A program made the position numbers and the translations under genes. A stretch of DNA of 64,000 nucleotides. Source: Camelus ferus (taxonomy: Eukaryota). The notes under the pieces are model-generated. The model was given only the letters and a program-made list of their open reading frames with translations, had not been told where the DNA came from and searched no databases. Below are positions 40,189 to 51,599 of the stretch, one piece after another (position 1 is the stretch's first letter; each line of letters begins with the position of its first letter). The stretch is taken from positions 43,712,001 to 43,776,000 of the forward strand of contig NC_045696.1 of assembly GCF_009834535.1 (NCBI RefSeq). The letters run 5' to 3'.

Positions 40189-40528
40189 AAAAATAAATAA
40201 ATAAAAGGACACTATGAACTCACCTACAAAACAGAAAAAGACTTTCAGACTTAGTAAACAATCTTATGGTTACTGTGGAAAGTGGGTGGGAGAGGATAAA
40301 TTTGGGAGTTTGATATTTACAAATGTTAGCCACTATATATAAAAATAGATTTTAAAAGAAGTTTCTTTTGTATAGCACAAGGAACTCTGCTGAATATCTT
40401 GTAATAACTTTTAATGGAAAAAATATGAAAATGAATGTATGTATGTATATGCAAGACTGGGACATTGTGCTGTACACCAGAAATTGATACATTGTCATTG
40501 ACTGTAATTCAGTAAAAGATTAAAAAAA
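40189..40528 (+). mobile_element. Young L1 3' UTR fragment with perfect 19-bp TSD
   Basis: TSD AAGAAATATTTCAAGGCAA at 40170-40188 and 40529-40547. Body 'tgaactcacctacaaaacagaaa..tgtatagcacaaggaac..gctgtacaccagaaattga'. Confidence 0.9.
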
Positions 40529-41364
40529 AAGAAATATTTCAAGGCAACAATATTTTATACTTGTCTATTGTCTGGTGATTTGCTGAAGGAAAAAGGCCAA
40601 GAGTAAATATATTGCTAGGGAATTTTTTGTAAATATTTGAAATTATAAAACAGAATACAAAATGGACCTCATAAATTTAAGAAAGAAAAATGAGGTGAAG
40701 GAAGCTGAGAAGAAAGAAAAGGAAAAGCAGACACTCACCTTACATGTAAATATAAAACCAGTGAAACTGAAGGAGTTATTAAAGACAATAGTGACCTAAA
40801 TCATGGCCCTGAAAAATAAAAATAAACATACTATCTTAATTTTCCTTTAGTAATTAAAGCAATTATTCTATCTAAAAGTATTACAGAAAAGAGATTGTTC
40901 TAGCCTAAAATTTCAAAAAATATTTGAAGGTCCATCTAACTAATATTTTCGTTGTTCATACCTATCAGCCCAATTACTTTCCTCTCAGAGAGAAAAGAAA
41001 GCTATAGGGAGAAATGTTTAGTGATTAATGTTGGAGTTTTCAGAGACCATTAGATGATATACTTTTCTGGCATCTTTTTGGAACCAACAGGAAAATAAAG
41101 TATCAACTTTAAAATTGCTCAATTTGGAATAGAAGACTAGATTTTCCTATCTGTGAACAGATGAGTCAAAAAAAGAGTTTAAAGGGTCTGCATAAATTAT
41201 GCTTGTCTCTGCCCAAACAAGCCACCTGTGAGGGGTAGCAGAGAGGAGCCTAGAGGCTTCCCTTCAGGGAAGTCTTCTTATGCAAACATTAGGCAAAGGC
41301 TTAAGGTTATCCCCAATAATTAAAAGCAAGAGATTTTATATCAAAAAGAAAAATATTCAAATGA

Positions 41365-41490
41365 TAGCTTCATTGCTTGTGACCTATGTGAACTTGAGAA
41401 CACTTATTAATATGTCTATGCATCTGTTACCTCCTTATTTAGTATGGGGAAAAATCAAAACCTGTTCCAGAAAGTGCTGAGAGGGATTGT
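41365..41490 (+). mobile_element. MIR remnant
   Basis: 'tgtgaacttgagaacacttattaat..ctgttacctccttatttagtatgggg..gtgctgagagggatt'. Confidence 0.55.
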
Positions 41491-42149
41491 AATTCTTCTA
41501 AAAGTGATGTAGACAAGAAACTATCTTGTCAAAAGAATTTTTGTGTTCCTATTTTGGTTTATTCTATTCAAGAAAGTATAACATTAGTCTTCGGCATTAT
41601 TGGCATTTGATGAATAAAAAAATCCAATACTGTTTTAATTTTATTGTCCTTGATTATTAGTGACTTTGAGTATCATTTTATAGGTGCATTGGGCCTTTGC
41701 ATTTATACTTTGGTAAGTTGCTAATTGTCATCCATTATCCATTTTTATATTTAGTTGTCTTGTTTTTAGTAAGTCAATATATACATATATAAATATAATT
41801 TCTATGAATTATGTTATAAACCTTTCTTCCAATCAGGTTCTTATATTTAACTTTTTATATATTATTGTTATTATTTTGCCTCTGAATATCTGGCAAATTA
41901 GGTAAGTGATAATATGCACAGGAGTATGGGATGGTTTATAGGGGAAGAATAAAACTACTGAATGACAATAAATGGAAATTTTTACAAAACTAAATCCTTC
42001 TCATCCTATTCTACCCCCACTTACTAGAGTTAGGCATCTTTTGTTTTTAGTTACTCATTGATTACCAAGAGAATTCTAAACAATTAAGTATATATTCATT
42101 TCTTAAATTACCACCATTGTATGGTTTCCACTAATAAATTTCCATAGTT

Positions 42150-42490
42150 AAAATGCTTTCAACTGCATGCATGTAACTCAGTCTGGCTTAAAATATAGTA
42201 TACTGTTATTTTATTTCATACAACTTCACTATTTCATATTTTCACAGACTTCAGAGTTAATTATTTTAGAAGCTCAATTTTATTATCAAGAACCCAGGTT
42301 CTTTCTGGTCCATTCTGCCATCTGCAGAATTTATTTCATATTTAGAGGTAGCAAATTGATTACTCAGGTTCCAGGCATCAAGTAATTCACATAAAATCCA
42401 GAGGAGGAAGAAAAGACACCTTGTCATATGGTCTCTTTTAGAAGTGAAACTATTCTCACAAGACTCTCAACAGTCTTCATGCTCATTGCT
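42150..42490 (-). mobile_element. Old MaLR LTR remnant (MLT1K/L-like)
   Basis: 'tcaagaacccaggttctttct..ttctgccatc..caggttccaggcatca'. Confidence 0.5.
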
Positions 42491-43590
42491 TCTGTGGAAT
42501 TTTAAATAAGATACGCTAACTTTTGTTCACCATTTTATGGACCTCAGACTGTCTCTCGATTTCTCACTATGTAAGAATAAGAAATTAATGCCTTTATTCT
42601 AGCACCTGATTTTCCACTTTAAGAGGCTCCTCTACTACCAGCTTCTGTCTATCTGTTCTATTACTTTTACATTCACATGGTTTATAAGATGCAGCACTTT
42701 ACTTGTAACTGTCTTTTGTATTTTTCTTTTTGTCACAGATGTTAGACGGGCAATTTTAATTATAAAATGTGTAACAATTTCAACTGTAGCTCTGAATTTC
42801 TTGGCCAATATTTACTCTAGTTATGAGTTATTTCTTGAAGGAAAAAATTGTGATATTGTACTAGTTAGAAGGTTCACTCCATTAAGCTTTCAAAATTCAT
42901 GACTAACAAAGTTGTTAATTGGGACCTTTTGAACCAGATGTCTGTACTCTTCCTCCAACACTGAACTTACTTGGTTTTTTTGGTACAATAACTCTCTTTT
43001 TTGCCTCTATTTGCTAAATTTTCAGGTGCTACATTTTATATACATGATTTAGAAGTGGTTTTCCTTGATATTCAGTTGAGATTTCTCTTGTTTTCTCCCA
43101 TGTATTTCTCCTTAAGTCATTTTATCCAATCTCAAAGATTCATACATCCTACTGTTGATTCCAAAATTATATTCACTAGACTTATCCTTTGAGCCCCATC
43201 TTGTACATATTCATTACTTTACATTAAGTCTACCATATTCAAAACTAAACTCTTGACTGACTAAATAAAAATGGTTGTATCCTCTTCTATCAGTCATCTC
43301 TATTCTAATAAATTGTTTCCTTCTGAATTATCTCACATATCCAGTTAAGCACAAATCAACAATTTCTGTCAATTTTGCCTGCAAACTTATACTAACTCCC
43401 TCAGTTTTGCCGATTTTCCCAGTCATATGCCTAGTTCAAGCCAGAATTATCTCCTCTTCTGCCCATGTCCATTTCATCGTAAAGTAATGGCATCCCAGTG
43501 GTCATCCTACATAAACACCTGCCTCTTCTCAGTTCTTTCACTACTATGTGAATCTTAGTGATTTGCTTAAAATATACATCAGAGTCTGAC

Positions 43591-44259
43591 TGTTGGAATA
43601 CAATTCGCCATGGGTTTCTTGCATGTCTGCATGTCTTGTGAGCAGAGACACTGATCTCCCTTTGTTCTAGATTATCTTTTCAAGGATGTTGGTATGACAA
43701 AGATACAGAAAGACTCTCCTACTAAGCAAAGAGTAGGCATGCTTACTGTCCAAGATAGTAAGAATCATGTATTTTATGGGAAAAGGGGGACAAGTTTTTT
43801 CTTTACTATCATTACAAAAGATTCATGTTCCATAAGCTCAGGGTCCCTCTCCTGCAACACAATCCATGCCTGTTCCAGCACCTCTGTGGCCCATTTGTGT
43901 TGCTGCTGTGGGAATCAGAGGCAAGGGGAACTGGCACAAATATGTTGATCCTCATGGTACTTGCTGTATTACAAACAATAATGTCTTTGGTTTCTGGCTC
44001 AAAAGTATGAAGTCTTCTACCAGTAGTCTTCCACTTTGACTCTGACAGGCTAACTTATAAGTTTGCAAATAAGGTAACAGTTCCAGCAACGGCTAGCTGT
44101 CCCTGTCCACAGGCTCGGCATCCACGGAGTCAACCAACTGTGGATTATATTGGCTGAATGTAAGGGACTTGAGCATCTGTGAATTTTGGTATTCTTAGGG
44201 AATCCTGGAAACAACGCCCCATGGACACTCAGGGACAACTATATTCACATACCTTGATA
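43591..44259 (+). mobile_element. MER76/MER70-like ERVL solo LTR
   Basis: Starts TGTTGGAATACAATTCGCCATGGG. 'ttatcttttcaaggatgtt', 'caggctaactt'. TSD CTGAC at 43586-43590 and CTGTC at 44260-44264. Confidence 0.75.
44094..44241 (+). mobile_element. Tigger4/MER46-type MITE nested in the LTR 3' end
   Basis: TIRs TAGCTGTCCCT and AGGGACAACTA. Body 'gcatccacggagtcaaccaac..gggacttgagcatc..ttttggtat'. Confidence 0.75.
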
Positions 44260-45080
44260 CTGTCACTTTCTTGTATCAATTTTTACCAAAAGAGGAAATC
44301 TAGTCTCTTTATTATGACTGAGATGCCCCGCACAGCCTGTACCAATCTATCTCATTTGGTATAGTGCTACTTTACCATTTACTTACTGCATGTTCACCAT
44401 TCGAAACTTCTTTTAGTTTTTCAAATATATCAAGCTTTTTCTTGCTTCAGGGATCCTAATCTCCTCCTTATCCTGACATGACTTTCCTTCTTAACCTTTG
44501 AATATACCTCCTCATTTCTTCAAAGGGAAGTCTACCTTAATTAACTTATTACTCCTTCATTCTTACTGCCTCATCATTACTCACTGTCAGATACTTGGTT
44601 CTCTCCTCTTAGCTCTTACCACAACATGCTATTTTATTTGACTGGTTATTTGTTTTTGTCTGTTTCCCCCACTAGATTGTAACCCTAGATCTTAGTACAA
44701 AGTTGGAATACAGTAGGTTTTCACTTTGTATGCCAACTGTGGTTATGACATGCATGATTTTCTATGTAAAACTTATTTTAATCAAAAAAAAGGAAAACCT
44801 TGATTGATGGCCCCAAACAATTCTTACATGTACATTAATCATGTTTACAGAATAAAAAGGAGAAATGCATGTTATAAAAAAAACATTTGTTTGATTCTGC
44901 AAATAGGTTTTATAATGTATGAAAAAATATAAACTTTCAGTAATATAATTAATAACTTTCTATTAGCAATTAGAAAAAGAATATAGTGACCTAAAATCCA
45001 CATGTAAATCAATACATTTATCTTAACTCTATATTAATATAGTAGTTATTCTAGGTTAAACATGAAATGATCGATATATA

Positions 45081-45690
45081 TTATTTTTTACTTTTTATTT
45101 TGTTGTGGTAAGAATATGTAACAAGATGTCTACCGTTTTAAAAGTCTTTAAGTGTACATTGTTGCTGACTACAGGCACAGTGCTGTACAGCATTCCACAC
45201 CTTGGCTATTGTAGATGGTGCTATAATGAATACTGAAGCACTAATATCTCTTCAAGATTCTGGTTTCAATTCTTTTGGATAAATACCGAGAAGTCAGATT
45301 GCTGGATCACATGGTACTTCTGTTTTTTAATTTTTGAAGAATTGATGTACTATTTTCATAGCAGCTATACCATTTTGCATTTCCACCAGCTATATCAAAC
45401 TAAATGCTTCTGCACAGCAAAGGTAACAATCAACAGAGTGAAAAGACAATCTACAGGATGGGAGAAAATGTCTGTAAATCAAGTATCAGATGAAAGTATA
45501 ATCTCCAAAATATATAAGGAATTCCTCCAACTCAATAACAAAAAACTAATAACCTGACTTAAAACTTGGCTAAGGACTTGAGTAGATAATTCTCCAAAGA
45601 AGAAATACAAATGGCCAGCAGTTATATGACAAATGCTCAATGTCACTAATCATCAGGAAAATACAAATTAAAAACACAATGAAATATTTG
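45081..45690 (-). mobile_element. L1MA-type insertion with 5' inversion and internal deletion
   Basis: 45081-45390 is antisense L1 3' region. 45391-45688 is sense ORF2 ('KCFCTAKVTINRVKRQSTGWEK'). Confidence 0.8.
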
Positions 45691-47063
45691 TTTTAATTGA
45701 TTGAACGCTACATGAGCACTTCATTAGAGACAAAGTGGAGAACAGAGTAGAGTTTTTCAAAAATACTGAATATTTTTGGAACTCTAGAAAATCATCCCCT
45801 TGATGTCACTGGCTTTATTTAACTGTACTTGTTCGTCTATGTGATTTTATTTCAAAGTAACTTAAAATACTTACGTCTGGTAACTTAAATGATTGAGTTA
45901 AAAGCTATGCTGAAAACAATAAAACAATAGTTGAAACTCCCGAGTTAGTCACAGATACAATGTATTGTTCAGTTGGTGGTGGGAGGCATGGTGGTGGGGT
46001 GTTCTAAGGATGGTCATATAAGACTGAGAGTATAAAATGCAATCTCAGAGCAGGCATCTTAAACTACCTCAGTGACAACAGCTCCCAAGCTGCCAGTAAG
46101 AGGGAAGAAACACAAGTTACTTACAAAAAGGGTAAAGGGGCTTCTTTTGTTTGGAGAAATACAGTTTTTGAAGTTAAACTGATTGATGCAAAGAATTTTG
46201 AGAGTTATGTGAACATCAGTATTTCTGGAGGAGTGACAACTGCTTTAAAACCTCCATTATCTCTGCCACACCTTACATCCAGAACTTACCTCAGTTTTCT
46301 CTGGGGTCCATTCACCCAACAGATGGGGAGCCTGCACTGGGAGTTACAGGGTTGAGGAATTCTCTGAGGCTCTGAGTTTTGAGAGGCACTGGCCCTGGGG
46401 TATACATCAAAAAAAAAAAAAAAAAAAAGCAATATATATCAGAAAAAAAAACTTAATCTTACTTTGTTGTTTGTTGTTATTATTGTTGTTTTAACTTAAA
46501 GGGAACCAAAAATCATGAACAGTTTTCAGGACTTTTGTAGGCTCTGATTTTATAGTTTCTTGAAGAGAGAAATCTCAATGGCAGAATGCCAAGACGGGAA
46601 AAATTTTACTAATAGATGAGAAAGATATAGAGTTACTGGAATGATGTCTCAAATCTGAGTTCAATCAAAATTACTTAGGAATGAAATCAAAGTGTATTTC
46701 TTTCTTTTCAAATCCATTAAAATTTATTTTAAAAATCTTGAGTTATCTGTTTCAGTCTCTTTCACAACAGGAATCAATGCTATTGTACACTATTCAGGTA
46801 TAAGAATGTATGTGTGTGTGGTTTGCAACATGTGTGTGTGTCTGCCTGTGTGAATGAGTAGGAGAGATGAAAAAACTGAGTTTTGATAGAATATGAGTTG
46901 ACTCAGTCATTCTCTATGATATATGTCTATAAAAATCAGAATGTCAAACATATTGGGTAATTGGACATGAAGGAAAGGAGAAACTGGGAAAACTCTAAAA
47001 AGTACAGTTAAATACATCTTCCTACTTTGATTCTAGTTATAATCCTTATAGCAAATTTTCAAA

Positions 47064-47170
47064 TATATATGTATGTATATGTATATGTACATTATGTATG
47101 TATATATGTATATATGTGTTTATATATTCTATCTTCTATGTTTATATATATAAAATATATTCTATCTTCC
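47064..47170. repeat. (TA/TG)-rich low-complexity tract with duplicated TATATTCTATCTTC
   Basis: Direct inspection. Confidence 0.8.
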
Positions 47171-48044
47171 ATGTTAGCTTCTTCAAAGCAGCAGCACAAT
47201 TCTTCCACAAAAAGAAAACTGTGTTCAGTGGCACTTTTTTGAAGATATTAGAAATTAAGCTTTTGAAGACAAATTGTAAATCTGTTGTAGATAAATTTCA
47301 TAGATCTGTATCTGCTAAATTTATTCATATATAGTTTTGCTATATTCCTTCATTTAGTTTACACTAATCAGCTTAAACTTTCTGAAGAACTTAAAAATCT
47401 ACTGATTTTGGTTCTTTTTATTGCTTTTCTCACAAAAGCCAAAAATAATTACTAGAGACTGACTAGCTAAATATTTTATCACTTGTCCAGTTTTATTTCT
47501 AAAAATCAGTTGATTAATAAATTTCCACTGCTTTCAAGATAAGGTTCTATCATACTCATTTTTTAAAGAACTGTTATGATTGACAAGTAGAAGGCAACTG
47601 CCTTCAACAATTTTTTGAGGAGCACCCCAAAATAAGCTTTGCTCACTACACTTCCAATCCCATTCTTATGCTAAACCAGAAATAATAGTATTAATTGGCT
47701 ACAAGCATATCTAAAATGCAAAATATTTTTAATAAAATTTCTTCATGTTCCTTCTTAAAGAAAAACACAGAATTAAACCCTTGATATGTTTTATGATCTG
47801 TCTGAATCACAGGGAGAGCACAAGATGAGTAGTATAGGTACTAATAGCCTAATGTATTAGGTGACTTAAATTACCTACTTCATTTAATAACCCACATTCT
47901 GATTTATACTAGACTAGAATACATGTCACAAAAAACAATATTCGATAGGTCTCTAAGAAAATATGGCACAGATAAATAAGTTTGAGAAGTTAGAGGTAAA
48001 AAGGTACACATATGGAGTACTTGGAGATAGTCAGGAGACCTGAG

Positions 48045-48227
48045 TAGGGCTGCCAAATAAAATAGGGAATGCTAAGTTGAATTTTAGTTTAAGATAAACA
48101 GTAAGTAAATTTTAGTACAATAAGTACATCTTAATTATTGCCTGAGATACAATTATACTTGAAAATATACATGTTGTTTATCTAAAATTTAAATTTAACT
48201 GGGATTCTTGTTTTATTTGCAATCCTT
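48045..48227 (+). mobile_element. MER53 palindromic hAT MITE
   Basis: Starts TAGGGCTGCCAAATAAAATA. Arms 'agttgaattttagtttaagataaaca' and 'tgtttatctaaaatttaaatttaact' are near reverse complements. Confidence 0.85.
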
Positions 48228-48962
48228 GCATCTCCAAGTCCATGCACCAAGGGCCAGCATGGGACCATTAATTGCTACAATGGGAGAGAAGGAAATAAGC
48301 TTAAAAGTGAGGGATGTAGAGGTTATAATAAACAATTCAAATATGCCTTGAATATAGGGATATATATACAATTGAATATTTTTAAAATTTGAATATTATT
48401 TGCTGACAAAGATATTATTAGTTAGGTACATTCCTAATTAGGGATTTTACCTCAATGACTCTATAATAAGTTTTAGGAAATTTATAGTTCTATTTAGCTC
48501 TCTGTAAGTACTCATATCCATCTAGCTAATATAAGCATAGAAAGATTTCCTTTATGTTAAACTATAGATTTTTTAATAGATTGAGTTATTTGAGCAACAC
48601 TTTCCAATTTGGTTAGTTTTCATTTAGATATTTTTACAAATTATTAGATAGTAAAGGATGTGTTAAGAAATTACATCCTATTTCTTTATCATTTTCTTTT
48701 CACTTAATTTATGATATCTTATTTGTTTATTGTTTTCTTCTTATTTTGAAAGATGGTATTATTTGGTTCTGTTGAGTATTATTTACTCATTCTATAATTT
48801 GCTCATTACACAATTATTCCATTCTGATTATAAACCTTAATCTCTTTCATGGTTAGACTTCAAGAACAGCAACAAATTCAGATTTATCATATAAATTCTC
48901 TGGTATAAACAAATTTCCAAAGATTTATTTTGACAAATGTAGTATTTAGAATATAAGATGGG

Positions 48963-49056
48963 AGGAGGGTATAGCTCAGTCATAAAGTGAGTGCTTAGCA
49001 TGCATGAGTTCATGCTCCTAGGTTCAGTCCCTAGTACCTCCATTAAAAAAAAAAAA
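48963..49056 (+). mobile_element. Short vic-1-type tRNA-derived SINE
   Basis: GGAGGGTATAGCTCAGT..GCTTAGCATGCA..GGTTCAGTCCCTAGTACCTCC followed by poly(A). Degenerate TSD AATATAAGATGGG / AAGATAAATGGG. Confidence 0.85.
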
Positions 49057-49174
49057 AAGATAAATGGGCAAATTTAAAAGACAGATTGTTAATTTATAAA
49101 TCAACCAGTGAATAAATTAACACTCTTTTTTTAAGTCACTGGTTTATGGAGTATTTACTACTTATAAATAAGAA

Positions 49175-49690
49175 TAATTTTAATTATTTTTAAATCTACC
49201 ATGTGCCAGTAACTCTTTCAGGCCCTGAAGACACAACAGTGAAGGAAACAGAGAATAATAGGCCTCTGTGGAATTTATTCTTAAAATGAGTGCCACAGTA
49301 TGAATAATATAAATGGATAAAATGAGCAAAATATATAGTATATTAGATGTGAGAAGTGCTATAGGGAAAACATAAATCAAGGAAAGAAGAAGATAAGGAA
49401 TGCAGGGACAAGTGAGTTTTCAGTTTTAAATTAGAAAGGGAAAGACTCAATAAGAAGATGACAAACTAAGACTTTTAGAGGATGGGCAACAAGCTATGTG
49501 AATGTGTGCAGGAGAGTATTCAGTCAGAAAGAATAGCATGTCCAAATCTCTAAGGTGCAAGCATGCCTGGTATGTCCTAGGAACAAAAAGGAGGCTGGAG
49601 GGGCTAAAATGGAGGACAGTAGTTCAAGAAAGTCACTGGAAGAGAGAAAGCTATGGTTCTGACTGTACAGCATTAGTTGGAACACTGAGG
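49175..49690 (-). mobile_element. L2 3' end
   Basis: 'tctaccatgtgccag..gaagacacaacagtgaa', 'gaatagcatgtccaaa..gcatgcctgg..ggaacaaaaaggaggc'. Confidence 0.75.
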
Positions 49691-51599
49691 TAACCAAGAA
49701 AGATGCTAGTACTAATGGAGAAAGATAGCTAAATGCATAAAGAATCTAGGAATACCAAGAAGTGCTTAAGAATTGTTAGATAACTTCATGAAAGAAGACT
49801 GTGATTTGATAGTATAATACTCATTTTCAGGACCAGTGATATGCAAAGTATGGGTAAAATAAAACAACTACTTATGCAGGCTAGATTGGATTATTTTTCC
49901 TTGGAGAAAGGATGAGGGGAACTTTCAAAAAAGAAATAAATAATTTAGGAGATTTTTATAGGTCCTGGAAGCAGCATAGAAACGTTCAAAGAGTTCAAGA
50001 GGAGTGACAGAACAGAAAAGACAACGTGGAGAGACATGAGATTCCGGGTGTGAAGAAAGGCCTGGGAGTCTTGTGCGTGAAAAGCAGTTGGTCCAAAACA
50101 GAGGCAGAGCACACGATAATTTTTGTGCTGAAAGAACCAAGGCAGATAATAGTTACGAAGCTGTGAATGTTGAGGGAGTACTGGGAACTTTCCAGAATCT
50201 GGTAGAGTTTAAGGCTCCTCCTGGATTTGCACCATGGAAGATATGAAGGCCAACATATGCGTGGGCTCTGAGACTGCCAACTGATCCCTGCAAGGCAAGT
50301 CAGACCCAGTAACAGGGGCTCCAATGTCATATACCAGGTTATTCTTTAATGCTTATTCGAGAAACTGAAAATTACATTTCTCTTCTTTATCCCTATCTTT
50401 TCACCTTGAGAGTTTCGGATATATTAACTATTAATATCATATCATTAAAAAAATGAACATATAGCTCAATATATTCATCCTGGAATAGTCTAACAAAGTA
50501 AGAGTTTATTATTTTAATTAACCAGAGGAAAGTAAGATGTAATATTTCTGTATGTCTCTGTGTGTCTATATACAAATATATACTAATGTCATTTTTACAT
50601 GTGGTCATATTTATAACCATGTGATATATAGGAAGATATTTTAAGGGAAAATAGATGCTAGAAAGCCATGCAGAAAAAAAAAGTGTTCATCAAAAAGTTA
50701 GAAGACTGCCTTAATCATTCAGAATAAAAATAATTTTCAAAGAGAAATTCTGGAGATTTAACTGCTACTGTTCCCTTCTATTATAATGGCTACACACACA
50801 TTAACTGTATTTTATGTTTTTTCCTTGTTTGAACAAACTTATTTGAAGAAGTCATTAGTCAGCCTGATACATGATACTGAACTGTAACATCAAGGATTTT
50901 ATGCAGAAATTATTATATTTGCATAATGGATTTTCTTTAAATTGGATGCACAAACATTTATTATCTACAGCTTCTATAAGAGTAAAGTATAATGTAGCAC
51001 ACTGAAAACATTGATCCCCATCTGGTTTAAAGATTGCCAAATTGTATAATGATATGTGTGCTCTAGAAGGTTTAGAAAGGATATTGCGTGGCTTGCAAGA
51101 CACTTAGCTTTACAGATTTTCAGCAGGAACATGATTGCTAGAACTCACTTATGGGGTCCTAATCTTGTTTATATCGATTACTTGCTGGGAACTACGTTTT
51201 TCTTAACCTTTATGCTTCAAAAGAAATATCTACATGTTGCCCTAGTGGCCTTTAAGACCAGCTAGGGATTTCCCTGTTAGGAGCTTACAAAAAGAAAGAA
51301 CATTGTAATTATGCTGCACGTCTTATTTCGTGGGCTTACTGTGTGACCCCAGGCAACAGAGTAAATATTATTATTCAAAGGAAAGTCATGTGTATAGAAG
51401 ATTTTAAAAAGTCATTGACAAATGTAACTGGTAAAGCTAAAGAATAAATAAGTTGCCTATAAGTAAGCATAGTGCATGCAAACACATGAGTCAGTAATTT
51501 TGGTTACATATCAATGATTCACAAGAAGCTCCTTACTCCAGCCAACTGAAACTAATTTTTATCCAACTAATGACTAAGTCAAAAAAGACTCTGATTTCT

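Larger units (their letters stand above)
42990..44720 (+). mobile_element. L2 LINE remnant, interrupted at 43591-44259
   Basis: 'ccatattcaaaactaaactctt', 'cctagttcaagcc', and 3' end 'tgtctgtttccccactagattgta..cagtagg'. Confidence 0.65.
20270..46394 (-). ncRNA. Tentative spliced non-coding transcript (candidate exons 46290-46394, 45875-45909, 40739-40808, terminal ~20270-20331)
   Basis: Consensus acceptor and donor pairs in non-repeat sequence. Two of the exons have stops in all three frames. No expression evidence. Confidence 0.2.
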
